Both the position numbers and the translations under genes were made by a program. Positions 39,301-51,927 of a DNA stretch of 64,000 bases are shown here, piece after piece. The stretch covers positions 1-64,000 of the forward strand of contig NW_026936797.1 in the NCBI RefSeq assembly GCF_032062105.1. The letters are read 5' to 3'. The notes under the pieces were generated by a model. The model did not search any database. It had not been told where the DNA came from and worked only from the letters and a program-made list of their open reading frames with translations. Position 1 is the first letter of the stretch; every line of letters begins with the position of its first letter. This DNA comes from Saccostrea cucullata (taxonomy: Eukaryota).

Positions 39301-41165
39301 TAACAGGGAATAAACAGACTTACTTTTACAGCCGCCTCTCTCATGAACATTTTTGCTGAGTCGTCCCATATTGCTGGCACGGTGAGTATAAAGTTAATGT
39401 CATCCAAAGTTATCTCCTCGACAAGGAATCTTTTTTCTATTTCTTTCATGAGATGGTCTTTCAGATATTTGATGGAAAGGGTGAATATTGGCATAGCTTC
39501 CATTTCCCGATCGTTCTCGTCCTTACACATTGTTTCTCGATGAACTCTCTAGTCAATGAAATTGCAATTATTAGTCTGATCTAGAATGTAAAGAGTGTAT
39601 AAGAAATACAAACTTTAAAAAAAATTGTAGAGTATTCCCTCAAAATTAAAAAAAAAAATATCAAGCTGTGCATTAAGCAGATAAATATTGTTACAGTCCT
39701 TGAAAATTGTGGGAAATAAAGTTATCAGTTTAGGCGTACATGTATGTACATGTATTTCGACAGTGCATCAGTTTTCCTACATCTACACATCTCTCTCTTT
39801 CTCTCGATCTATCTCTCTGAGGTTTTAATTGTCCTGGAGGATACTTTGGACCACAACAGGAGGTAAAGCTATGTTGAGAAAAAATTATTTCCTCGAGACC
39901 AGAAAAAATCGAAACTTTGTTAAATACTTCCTGACATACATGCAGTATAGGGTGAAGTTTATTCAAATCATGTCGTCTGGGGATAAAATGAGGCAAGCAC
40001 AATAGGTTATGAAAGATTTATACTGGAATATTTATTTAGGAATATATACAAATCAATCTTCAAAAACATCTTATGGTCATTTTGCCAGACAGGATAATAA
40101 ATAAATAAGATTAATTTTTAGGACTACAATTTATATTCTCACTGACCATCGATTCATAAGCATGATTTGGGTTAAGGCTAGTCCACAAAAAGAGATCAAA
40201 ACACACTTAAATATTTGTACAGGGAAATTTTAGTTTAGTACAGATTTGATTTCAATTTAAGGCTATCGTGGTCAGAAAAGGGGTGAAAATTTTCATCTAA
40301 ATATGTAGAATTTTTTTTAGTTCGAGAGTAGCAGTCTTTTGATATTGAACAATAGAGTTCAAATCACTGAGCTCAAACCCATTTTTAACTAATAGAAAAA
40401 TTATAAACTGGGACATTAAAAAAATCGATCCTTTTTAGTTTTACAAAGAGTGTGTGATTTTTTTTTATTGAAATTTATTAAGAGGTTTTGCATATCGTTT
40501 TTGTCAGCTTTTAGATTGAGTACTCCCTCCAAGAACACCCCCTCCTCCAGAGATCTTACATCGGAAAAAATGACTCTTGGGAACTGTTACACAGAATAGA
40601 ATCCCCCGGAAATTTGACACTTATGTCGATTTTTTTGGGGAAAATCCTACATTATACTCTAAGAGCCAATTTAATTTTCCGATTGCAAATCCTGCTATAG
40701 AGTTAGTTTTCGGGGGGGGGGGGTGTCTAAAATACTTGAACCACACATATTTCTATCTGTTCGTATTACTTAGTTTTAGACCATGAGCCCCATCCTGGTT
40801 CCTGTGTACACAATCATTTGTAAGCAAGATACCTACAAACCTGGGTGAGAGTTGTTTTCAACATCATCTTGAATCGATGAAAAAAATAATACTCCTTGCA
40901 AGTGCGACCTTCTTCGTCACCATCTGTTGCAATTTCAGAATAAGTTTTCTCCGCTTCAAAACCAAAGGAATTAAAAGACTTGTCTGGATTCAATAGAGAG
41001 AGCAGTTGGTGCTTTAAAGGACGATAACTGGCCACCTTCCCATTTATTCATATGCACTTTCGCCCAGTCCGATTTGAATGAATAAGCATAACCCGAATAC
41101 GTTGTCCCAAAGTCAAATGCAGCCACTAAAGTTCGGGACGATGATGATTTTCTTTCCTGTGCCAT
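36356..41165 (-). CDS. HSPA12: HSPA12 copy B, the most intact; exons 41165-40841, 39548-39324, 39187-39032, 37473-36356
   Basis: VAAFDFGTTYSGYAYS, LTVPAIWDDSAKMFMREAA, IALEPEAASIYC, DLG|GTADITVHQ, GGDWGGTCVD, VGGFSEC and AVLKGAV; all introns GT-AG; exon 4 fully open. Two single-base indels (~41000 in a ctctct run, ~39085 in an A/G run). Confidence 0.93.
38130..38275 (+). repeat. Dispersed repeat remnant in intron 3 (related copy at 45465-45605)
   Basis: cacg(a/g)c(a/g)ggtgtga.cgt.cga...gct(t/c)actcctccat...tgatc/tatccc...gatgtt at both positions. Confidence 0.65.
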
Positions 41166-41187
41166 TTTTATGACTTTACACTTTGTT

Positions 41188-41198
41188 ACTTTCGTTTT
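41188..41198 (-). promoter_or_regulatory. ISRE/IRF-like motif AAAACGAAAGT upstream of HSPA12 copy B
   Basis: Plus strand actttcgtttt, 23 nt upstream of the ATG. Confidence 0.55.
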
Positions 41199-41499
41199 GC
41201 AATTTAAATGACTGCCCGTTTGTGACACTATCATTCTAACACCCATGCAACAATCAAGATGTGGCATAGCAAAACTGTATACTTTTCATCGCAATCACCA
41301 TGATAATTGACCTTGGGAATTATGACCTATGTAACCTCGTTGTACATTGTTGTATATATCTGACTTTGTGAAGAGAACTACATTTACTACTTCTAGAGAT
41401 TTAATTTTATTAAAATTCAGAAAACATCAGAGCTCAAAATTCTGAAATCAGAATCACTATAGAGTGTTACAATGTTTGGACCTTCTCTGTTTTACCTGG

Positions 41500-41983
41500 T
41501 AAGTACAAATTAATGGTAGTGAGAACCAGACTGGACAACCCGTTACCTAACGGGAGTTTTAAAACTTGCTCTGACAGAAGATGTCTTCTTTGTAAGCACA
41601 GCACTGACACAGACAGTTTTCTGTTACAAGCCACAGCTACAAAATACTAGGGAATTTGTCCTGTCATACTGACAACTGCATTTATCTCATCAGCTGCAAA
41701 GTTTGCTCCAAACAGTATATTGGTGAAACAGGAGATCTCCGCATGAGAGTCAATAACCACCGTTCGACCATTAGGACCAAAATACTAATGTGTGTTTGGG
41801 AAACATTTCAACCTTGAGGGTCACAAATGGGAGGACATGACAGCAGTGGTGATTGACCATAACCCAAGATGGACAGACACTCAGAGAAAAAGCAAAGAAA
41901 AGTTCTGGATGCACAGATTGAAGTCATTCCGCCCTAATGGTATTAACAAACTGAATGACTTCACCAGAATGAACGTAAACTAG
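41500..41983 (+). mobile_element. Penelope-like retroelement 3' fragment (GIY-YIG endonuclease), frameshifted
   Basis: FKTCSDRRCLLCKH zinc linker, NCIYLISCKVCSKQYIGETG, RVNNHRSTIR, GKHFNLEGH and EKFWMHRLKSFRPNGIN. Confidence 0.88.
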
Positions 41984-43419
41984 ACCCAATTTTTGATGAT
42001 TCTATTAAAGATTATTCTCTCAATTTAGTGTAAACTCTACAGTTAATTTGCGTTACCAACTCTGGATCAACCCACATAACTATGTATTGCTTACGCCTTT
42101 ATTAATTATTTTTTCCCGATTATTAGTCCTAAAACATTTCCAAATTTATATTAGATCATTATTCATATGTTAAAATATCCCTGCTACATTATTTTTCTTT
42201 GACTACATTAAATTTCTTCATAACAGCGTTCAAACCCTCAAGCCCTGAAGAGTAAAGGAGTTTTTGGGATAAACATAAAGTTAATTTTTTTTTTCACATT
42301 AACAATATTCGCCAGATCTTTCGCCTTTTGACTTGTTTCACATTTTCCAAACTTTAAAATAAAAAAAACCTAGCGGAAGGAAGAAACGAGTCCAGGAAAT
42401 CATAAAAAATTTACGGACGTGTTTCAATTAAAAGAGAATATTAAGTAGTCATAAAGACTACATCATTGAAAAGCGTCTATATTGCTTCTTTCCGAGCACC
42501 AAGGTCAATATTTATTGAACAGCCCTCGTACATACAGGAAATGTTTGCATATTTAAACTAACACATTGCAATGGGCTAGAGGTTGCTATAGCTAAATTAA
42601 CACATATAAATTCAAAGAAATCATATTAAATTTAAAAAATCTAGTATATACCTAGAAACAAGTAAATTATTTATGAATATAAATTCCTGCGAGCGTGAAA
42701 CATTAGAAAGACACAACAAATAGTTAAAAAATAAATATAAAACATGTAAGGAAGCTCTTAACACTAACAGAAACTGTTTTTTTGGACTTTGGGAAAAATA
42801 TATCATATAAAGATATGCATATTGAGACTTATTCTTTCATTTAGAACAAAGGGTACGTGCCTTTTTTGGGCATGAAAAATGTTCAAAGACAATGGACAAT
42901 TTGTAAGCAGAAATCACTGTAGTTTACTTACATTAGGAAAATTAATGAAATCAATTATTAAATTTCATACTATTGGTCTTATGTAATGCTAAATATATTT
43001 TAATCTATCAAAAGTTATGTAATTAACGGTAAATAACAATTTCTATAATTTACATCTAACGGCAGATCACTCTAACTGCAAAAAAAACACCCAAAAAATT
43101 TAGGTCTTTAGTGTGCAGTGTTTAGAGCGTCTTTAACGGTGATTTTACTAATGAAATCAATCTGAAAAAAAAAACCATAAACCCCAAATTTGATAACAAT
43201 TCAACCTAAAGTATAAATATTGAAAATAGTGTCATCGATTTATATTTTGGGAAAAAATTACATTAACAACAAATTCAAAACAATTCAACCTAATGTATGA
43301 ATATACATCGATTTATATTTTTGGCACAAAACTGATACTGTAGATCTTTAATTTGAAAGATGCATTCAAAATAGGTCTCGAGGAAAACAATTTAAATTTG
43401 TGATTTTGATAAAAAATTT

Positions 43420-46016
43420 TCAGTGCACACTCCAAGTCCTGCTATCGGGCATATCAATATCCTCAGCCAGCAAATCAAATTTCACCTCGTATCGCTCTCC
43501 AGTAGTAAAGTTACAGGCTTTCACTCGAATTTCCGTTTCTCCAAAAATAATAGATTCTTCAATTTCAGTTGTTTCACTTCGATCGCCCATTGGAATTTCT
43601 AATGTTCCTAATTTGCAGCATCCTTTTTCATCAATATATGTAGGGTCTTCGGAATTCGATATAAATACCCCACACTCTAATTTCCTCTTTTCATTTTGCA
43701 GCGATTTAAAAATGTATGACTTCCTCATTCCAGGTTCAATATGATCTCCTTTGGAAATAAATTTTAAAAAGACATCTCTACACCTTTCTTCTCCGGAAAC
43801 CATCTCTTTTTTCTTTAAATCGTGTTTGGATTGGTCGAATTTCGGCCAAGTTTGAATGCCATAGGTATACCTAGCAACCCGTTTAGAAATAGCGTCTGGA
43901 ATATGACCAAAATATACCGCTCCCTTCAGAACAGCCAAATCTGCTTGCTCGGGTATGACCAAACGCTTTCCCCGAAACTTTTCTTTCATTTCAGATGCAG
44001 TAACTCATTATCAGCAAATCCACCAACCATCAGTAATATGTTAACATTTTTGCCACTTTCTTTTTTGAAAAGACCTTCCAGATGAGTATGTGATGTTTCT
44101 AATTGTTGGATAAAACATTTCTTTGAAAATTGCAGATGGCATCCATATGACTCAATCTTTGTATTCTATCTTGCCATTGTAAATAGACTTTTCAATACAT
44201 CGTTTTATTGGTTCGCCCCTTTTCATGTGTTTATAGTTAAAAACTTCTTTAACAATATCCTCTAATCCCAATGGAAGCCTTATATGAACATTGTCACTAA
44301 CAGCTGTTCCTATTTTGTTACTTTTCTTGGTCTCAAAACCTTGCCAGAATGTGAAATAGTCATCTTTGTAATCTATATCCGACGAAAACTTCTCCATGAC
44401 CTCATCACCCAAAATGTTCTCCAGAAATTTGTGGAACGCTTTATCTACACATGTGCCTCCCCATGCCCCGCCGGTTGCCGGAATTAGTCCAATTTTTACC
44501 AATTTTTGAATTATTTTCTAAAAATTCTGGTGTATATGAAGTTCATATTATTTATATCTAATGCTAATTGCTTTCTACTAATGATACATATCCTTGTAAA
44601 AGCAAGAAAAAAATACTTGTACATCATAGTGTACATTTAATGCTATGGGGCGATGACTCTAACTTTTGGAAAATACTAAAAACTTTCTTAAATTTTTGTC
44701 GTTTTTCAAAATAATACTTTTTTAAATTCAAATTATATTTGTATATTTAAAGAATTTATTCCTTTCTATTGCTAAAAAACAATGTATATTACATATGTAT
44801 GTATGTGTTTTATTTTGGCAATTTCACAAAAAACCTGAAGTTTCTTAAATTGTCTATGATCCTTTTGACTTTGTCAATAAAATATGTACACAATTCAATT
44901 CATATTAGAAAGATGCTTGAGTTTCTGATTGACCATATCTAGAATTTTGTGTTTTGGAGACAATATGTTTGAATTCCCATGTGTACCTATTTCACCCCGC
45001 CATTAGCAGACCAAATAAATTTTGTATACATATGAAGCAGTATTTATTCAAAAACTTGTACATTGAATTATGTTCCAAATTGTATAAAGTAACAAAGCTT
45101 TAAATTTATGATAAACGCAATGACTTTAACTTTTCAATCTTTAACACCTCTTATTGAAGAAGCAATTTATACCGGTACCTTTATCACCTACATAACTACG
45201 TATACGGGCTTATGTCTCTCAGTTGATTTCATACACAAGAGTATGCTATATACGTACGAACAATTTCTAAAACAAACCAAGCATTTAACAAACAAGTTGA
45301 TGAAACAAGAATATCAACTTACAGTATCTGAATTTATCATTTTACAAGTGTTATGATCTATAGAATGATATTGTCAGCAAATACAACCCTATTGTTAGGT
45401 CATAATTTTCACACTGAATTGCCAACGGATTTTTCAATTTTTTTCCAACACGACAAGCAGCACACGGCGGGTGTGAGCGTTCGAAATGTGATGCTCACTC
45501 CTCCATGGCACATGATCTGACTTCCGATGTTCATAGAGGTTCATGTATACTCTGCTGCTGATTCTTGAATTTTAAATGGTCTTTGAGCTTGAATACCATT
45601 CGTTATCTACGTAGTCTATTAAAGAATTGCATTTGTTTATCATTATTCCAAAAGACAGTAAAAAAATTGTTTTGCCTCTACCTGGTATATGTTACTTGCA
45701 TTAAGAGATACATATTTGTCCTAAATTTCGAAATTTTTTGTATTGATCGTACAGCACTGTATTCTTTTTTAACTTTAACTAAAATCATGTATGTGTAAAG
45801 TACCTCCAATATCAAGAACCATGTACTTAGAGTTGATACTTTCTTTTTTCTTCGTATTGTCCGGATTTTCCAAGTGCATATATTGGCAATAAATAGATGC
45901 AGCCTCTGGTTCCAGTGCTAGAAGCAACTGATCACTCGGAATTTCAGCCTAAAAATTGTTTAAAAGTTACAACAAAAATTTTCAACGAGAACCAAGTATG
46001 CAACATCAGTGGAATG

Positions 46017-46085
<69 letters not shown>

Positions 46086-46868
46086 GTACCGCTTCTGCAG
46101 CTTTTCTCATGAACATTTTTGCTGTATCATCCCAAATTGCTGGCACAGTGATGACAAAAGTGATGTCTTTTACTTCAATTTTTGTTTCCGATTTCGTTAC
46201 AAGGGTTTTATTTATTTCTTCAAGAAGATGATCTTTCAAATATCGTATGCAGTGGGTAAAGACCACAATAGCATCCAGCTCCTTTTTGTTTTCCTCCATA
46301 CATTTGGTTTTTCTATTGACTCTCTGCATATAAAAAGTATTTTTAGTGAAAGTAATAATATTATTAAATCAGAAATAAAATTCAACACTCCATCTTTATC
46401 AGTTTATATGGCCATAATTTCATCGTATCACTCTATAGATTTTCATCATATTTTCAGCTAGAGTTGTTATGTTTGTACACATGTTCATAAACAAAAAGAA
46501 AATATACTAGTTTATCAAATTATAGGATGCATTCAAATGATAACATATTCTACCTTCTCTAATTCTGTTTTCAAAATCATCTTAAATCTGTGGAAAAAGT
46601 AATAGTCCTCGCATTTTCCCCCATATTCATCAAGTTCAGAATAATTTTTCTCTGCTTCATATCCAAATGAATTAAACGATTGGTCTGGATTTAAGAGGAG
46701 AGCTGTCGGTGCTTTGTGAGACATTAGGTTCCCACTTGCCCACTTATTTGCCACAACTTTTGCCCAGTTGTCCTTGAAAGAATAGGCATATCCAGAATAA
46801 GTTGTGCCAAAGTCAATAGCAGCCACCAAGAGTTTATAGGAACTTTTTTGTTTTATTTCCTCCGACAT
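43420..46868 (-). pseudogene. HSPA12: HSPA12 copy A; exons 46868-46554, 46323-46090, 45948-45804 intact, exon 4 (~44488-43420) damaged
   Basis: VAAIDFGTTYSGYAYS, VITVPAIWDDTAK and LALEPEAASIYC. Exon 4 lacks its acceptor and the GTADITVH motif, has an in-frame TGA at 44152-44154 and indels near 44090 and 43993. Confidence 0.85.
46021..46084. repeat. (GA)32 microsatellite in intron 2 of HSPA12 copy A
   Basis: Perfect dinucleotide run starting 5 nt into the intron. Confidence 0.98.
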
Positions 46869-46899
46869 TTCGACACATCCTAAAGAAATATTTATAGCT

Positions 46900-46910
46900 A
46901 CTTTCGTTTT
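46900..46910 (-). promoter_or_regulatory. ISRE/IRF-like motif AAAACGAAAGT upstream of HSPA12 copy A
   Basis: Plus strand actttcgtttt, 32 nt upstream of the ATG. Further motifs gaaagtgaaa (~47270) and actttcgttttc (47862-47873). Confidence 0.55.
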
Positions 46911-49153
46911 ACAAGATTATGAAAAGTAGACTAAGTATGTTAAGGTTTCGTCAAATGTCAACATGTCCAAAAATTTATTTTTACAATAATTCCAGAACTT
47001 TAACAGTTTATAAATTTTTCATTGATTAACAGATAGAAAGTATCAAACTTGATATAAAAAATACTTGGAAAAAATTTAATGATCAGCAATTAAAAATTCT
47101 TCTTAAAAATGCATATATTTTCAAAAATCACCTAATTAATTCCGTGCAATTTAATGGAACCATGCATTGCAGAAACACAATATGTTTATCAATGAAAATA
47201 AACCTTTCAGTTGAAATATATCTATGAAAGTTAATTTTCCCTGTTGAAAATTGTTGAAATGTTAAACTTGAAAGTGAAAAATTATTTTTAAAGGGCATGA
47301 ACATTACACAGATTTAAGTTAAAATATACCTGTTTAAATCTTATATATTTTCATAGCATTTCACACAAAACTTACCCTTCAAAAAAAAATTATTTCATCA
47401 AGTTATGGTTTTCAAAATTTTGGACAGGGTTTGATTGTCAGGTGCACTTTTCAAATTTTCACATTTTCTGATGCAATTTTTCACAAAAAAAGTCATTTTA
47501 TTAAAATTTTTGTAATCAAAATACTTTAAAACTTTAATCCAGAAAAATAATATATTTATAAACTGTAAACGTTTTGACGAAACACCACACACAGTTTTCA
47601 TCCGATTGTAAAAATAACTTTTTAGCAAATTGATCACACCCGTGAAACCTTACAATTTAAACAGGGCACGGACAAACTGTTATCATGTTTAATTCATCCG
47701 GCGCGTGATACATCAAATTGTTAAAGTTAGACCTATTTTTTCGAAAAATAAAGTGAATTGCTTTCAATGTTAAAATTTCATAAGTATCTATACCCTGATG
47801 AATTAAAATTTACATGATCTGCAATGATTATAAAAAAACAAAATTAATTAATTAAAATTCTACTTTCGTTTTCGATGATCCACGGCAAATTAAAAAAAAT
47901 GAAAGTAAAGCGATGTGCATACCAAAACCTTTAAATATTTTAAGTTTTTGTCACTAAGAGAAAAAATTCTTTAAATTTATTTTTGTGAATATTTCTATTC
48001 GATATATGGTTTGTTCCTTGATTGAATTTTTTAAATTTTATCTCTTTTTTAAACATTTTAACCTATAAAAGAGAAAAATAAATTATTTTTTTTAAAGATG
48101 CAATTAAAATTTTTTCTTTGGTATTAAACCTTGAAAAAAAATGAAACCCTAATTTTTTTTTTGAAAAGTTGGATGATCCGATGCATTTGATATTTGTTTA
48201 AATTAGTAAAGTGATTTATCATTATTATTTTGAAGAAGTTCAATTTATTAAGGTTCCTCAAAAATATATATTAATTTTTACAGTGACTTTATTGAAATGC
48301 TATTTTGCAGTTTAAACAAGTTTCTGCCAATAAATTACTTGTCTAGCATTTGTTTTTCAATGATGCAATTGAAATTTAACTAACCCATATGGGTAATCAT
48401 CTGAATGTCTTTTATCACAATTTGAAATGTACTTATATCTAAAACATATTGAAAACAATGTAGAAATTACAAGAGAATGACAAATATGCATAATTTTTAT
48501 ATAATGCCAAGAGATACAAAAGATATATTTGAGGAACTTGTCTGACCTTACAACAACAACAACGAAGACGACAGAAAAAAGAAGATAGTCTGATATTGAT
48601 GTTTATTATTTCGAAATATTTAAATTAAACAAGACAGAACAAGATTAATGAAACTTTATTAAATGGATATAGATATTATAGTATGATAAATTTTTAATAG
48701 GGTATTAATCCATTCCTTCTGTTTACATAATAGACTGATATTCCTGGCAAGCCAAAAGTTCTGAAAGTTGAGAAGTCATTTTAATCTGGCAATTCGTCAA
48801 AGTGATCTTCCTCGCTTGTTTTACCAGAAAAGGAAACCCAAAAATAATTTTGAAAAGGTTAATTTGGTCAGAAAATGAGCCTCTGTTTTGTCGGAGAGGT
48901 CCATAACCTGGGAAGTTCCAATGCAAGTCAAGCATATGGTCAAAGGAGAAAAAATAATTCAATAGTATAATAAGGCAAACTATGGTACTCCCTTCTATTC
49001 ACAGATAAAAAATGAAGAAATGAATTCATGAAAAATCAGTTAGAGATAAAGGCACGCGGATAAATAAATAGTAAGTCATTGTCATTTTTAAAGACGGCTT
49101 CTGTACATTGTTCACTACCATGCTGCTCAGTGCATTGTGTATCTGTCTCTGTT

Positions 49154-49713
49154 TCACTTTTTCAGTTTGCCTCGCTCGATCAGTTTTCTTCTTCTTTCCG
49201 CCAATCTGTCTTCTTTCAACAGACCGTTCTCCCGAAGAGCTTTGTGAATTTTTTCTGCAATTGAATAATGTCTGTATGTATAATATCGGTCATAGTGAAT
49301 TTCATATCAAAAGTAATAATTAGGAAGTATGCATATGCGTTTTTACCTTTCCATTCCTGGTAGGCGGCCTCGTTATCAATTGGAAGAATCAAGATTCTAG
49401 TGATGTTTCCATTGATTGGAGGTAGTTTTGGAACACTCGACTCGTAGGTGGGCTGCATCATCTCACTCTTTTGAGTAACATCTGATCTAGAGTCATCTGG
49501 TTGTCTACAATCATATGCACTAGAACCATTGGCGTTGTCACCATGGGCCTCATTCGGTGTCACACAAAACATGGCATCCAAGAGGGTCGGAGTGTAAACC
49601 TCCTCTTTCACATCTTCGGAGTTCACCTTCTCTATCTGTTTGTATGCTGCTTCCTCCTCATCTGAGATGATGCCTATTTTATTTATTCTCATACAGCTAT
49701 GAAACAAACCCAT
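49154..49713 (-). CDS. Uncharacterised 155-aa protein, copy 1 (exons 49713-49347, 49254-49154)
   Basis: MGLFHSCMRINKIG...PKLPPI...AAYQEWK|EKIHKALRENGLLKEDRLAERRRKLIERGKLKK*. The phase-1 GT-AG intron and the reading frame are conserved in both copies; the coding indel between copies is 6 nt. Confidence 0.72.
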
Positions 49714-49771
49714 TTTTGCTGTATACTGCTTAGCGACCAAACTGCGCTATCCACAATAATCAAGATTATTA

Positions 49772-49838
49772 TGACGTCATAGGTATTATGACGTCAAATG
49801 GTTGTGACGTTGGTATGATAAAGAGAATGTTTACGTCA
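49772..49838. promoter_or_regulatory. CRE/ATF site cluster
   Basis: TGACGTCA at 49772 and 49789, TGACGTT at ~49806 and TTACGTCA at 49831; 60-125 nt upstream of the ATG. Confidence 0.65.
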
Positions 49839-51298
49839 AGTGCAGGCACGTAATGCATTGATATCTTTTCGATTAAAAAAAATATGTAACTATATGATAT
49901 AACCTATACGTCATGTAGCAGCTAGACTAGCATCTCTAATTTTTGATGATACTACGGTCATTGGCCTAGCTGTACATAATACATACAGTACTAATTGCGC
50001 TTCTTTGCTAAAAAATATTGTTGAATAAAAAGTTTCAAAGCATTTTTTTAAATCGAGTTTTTTTTTCCCTATAAAAGAATAGAATATCATGTTTCATCAT
50101 ACATGGCAATTACAAGGCACACGATTTGACATCAAACTTCCATTCATTTGGTGTTTTGTTTCAAATTGTAAGCATTTACTGAGTAAACACTCGAACTCAA
50201 ACTGTTTAATATGCTGTAAGAAAAATACAGGTATAGGCACGTAGCAACAGGGTGGCTACCCCCCCTTTTCCCCCAACAATACTTACACTATGATAAATGT
50301 TTATGGAGAGGCAGGTTGCCCCCCCCCCCCTCCAACCCCAACTTTTTGTGATATAAGGAAAATGTATGAAAAATGGTATTGAAGGAAGATGGCATTGACA
50401 AAAAGTTGGCCACGCACTATATAGTGAAAAATAAATAAATAACTGCACAATATTAACTCCTTTATACAAAATATTTTTTTAATGTTAAAAAATTGCACTT
50501 GTGTATAGAGGGTGCTTAATACATGTACTTCCCTTTTGAAAAAAGTGAAACCCTAATTTATTTCGATAAAAAAAATTCAAATCTTTTTTCCCGATTGAAG
50601 CTTTCGTCATATTTGGTTTTAAATTGGTAGATTTTTTGTGTCATCATTTTTGAAGAAGTTCAATTTTATTGCGACAACAACAACGAAGACGACAGAAAAA
50701 AAAGAAGATACAAGTAATCTGATATTGATGTTTATTATTTCGAAAATTGTATGAATTAAACAAGAGAGAACGACAAAACTTTACTGAATGGATGAACATA
50801 TTATAACATTATAAAATTTTAATAAGGTATTAATCTATTTCCTCTGTTTACAGAATAGACTGATATTTCTGGCAAGCCAAAAGAAGTCATAACATAATTT
50901 TGATCTGGCAATTCGTCAAAGTGACCTTCTTCACTTGTCTTACCAGAAAAGAAAACCCAAAAATAATTTTGAAAAAAGTTAATTTCATTAATTTGGTCAG
51001 AAAATAAGCTTCTATTCTATCCATGTCCACATCCTGGAAAAATTCCAATTCAAGTATATGGTCGAAAGAGAAAAAAATAATTCAGAAGTGTAATAAGGCA
51101 AACTTTGGTAAAAGAGCATGGACGTCCTTTCTATTCTCAAATAAAAAAATGTACAAATAAATCCATGGAATAATTAAATCTGAGTAAGAGATAAATGCTT
51201 GCAGATAAATAACTAGTAAGTCATTGTCATTTGTAAAGATGGTGTTTGTACATTGTTCACTTCCATGTTGCTCAGTGCCTTGTGTATCTGTCTCTATT

Positions 51299-51868
51299 TT
51301 AGTTTTTCAGTTTGCCTCGCTCGATCAGTTTTCTTCTTCTTTCCGCCAATCTGTCTTCTTTCAACAGACCTTCCTCTCGAAGAGCTTTGTGAATTTTTTC
51401 TGCAATTGAATAATGTCTATATGTATAATATCAGTCATAGTGAATTTCATATCAAAAGTAATTAGGGAGTCTATGCATATATATTTTTAGTTTACCTTTC
51501 CATTCTTGGTAGGCGGCCTCGTTATCAATGGGAAGAATCAAGATTCTAGTGATGTTTGCATTGATTGGAGGTAGTTTTGGAATACTCGACTCGTAGGTGG
51601 GCTGCATCATTTCACTCTTTTGAGTAACATCTGATGTAGGCCTAGAGTTATCTGGTTGTCTACAATCACTTGTACTAGAACCGTTGGCGTTGTCACCATG
51701 GGTCTCTTGCGGTGTCACACAAAACATGGCATCCAAGAGGGTCGGGATGTAAACCTCCTCTTCCACATCTTCGGAGTTCACCTTCTCTATCTGTTTGTAT
51801 GCTGCTTCCTCCTCGTCTGAGATGATGCCTACTTTATTTTTTCTCATACAACTATGAAATAATCCCAT
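51299..51868 (-). CDS. Uncharacterised 157-aa protein, copy 2 (exons 51868-51496, 51399-51299)
   Basis: MGLFHSCMRKNKVG...YQEWK|EKIHKALREEGLLKEDRLAERRRKLIERGKLKN*, with the same structure as copy 1. Confidence 0.72.
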
Positions 51869-51927
51869 TTTTTGTTGTGTACTGCCTGACGACCAAACTG
51901 CGCTATCCACAATAATCAAGATTATTA

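Noticed and set aside
42240-42285. Hammerhead ribozyme in the Penelope 3' region (ctgaaga core)
   Set aside because: No convincing stem II or GAAA partner could be paired by eye; an Infernal search would be needed.
43400-44487. Plus-strand ORFs overlapping HSPA12 exon 4 (also 36303-37289)
   Set aside because: They are antisense shadows of the real minus-strand coding sequence.
45897-46461. ORFs with ERERER or SLSLSL tracts
   Set aside because: These are read-through of the intronic (GA)n microsatellite.
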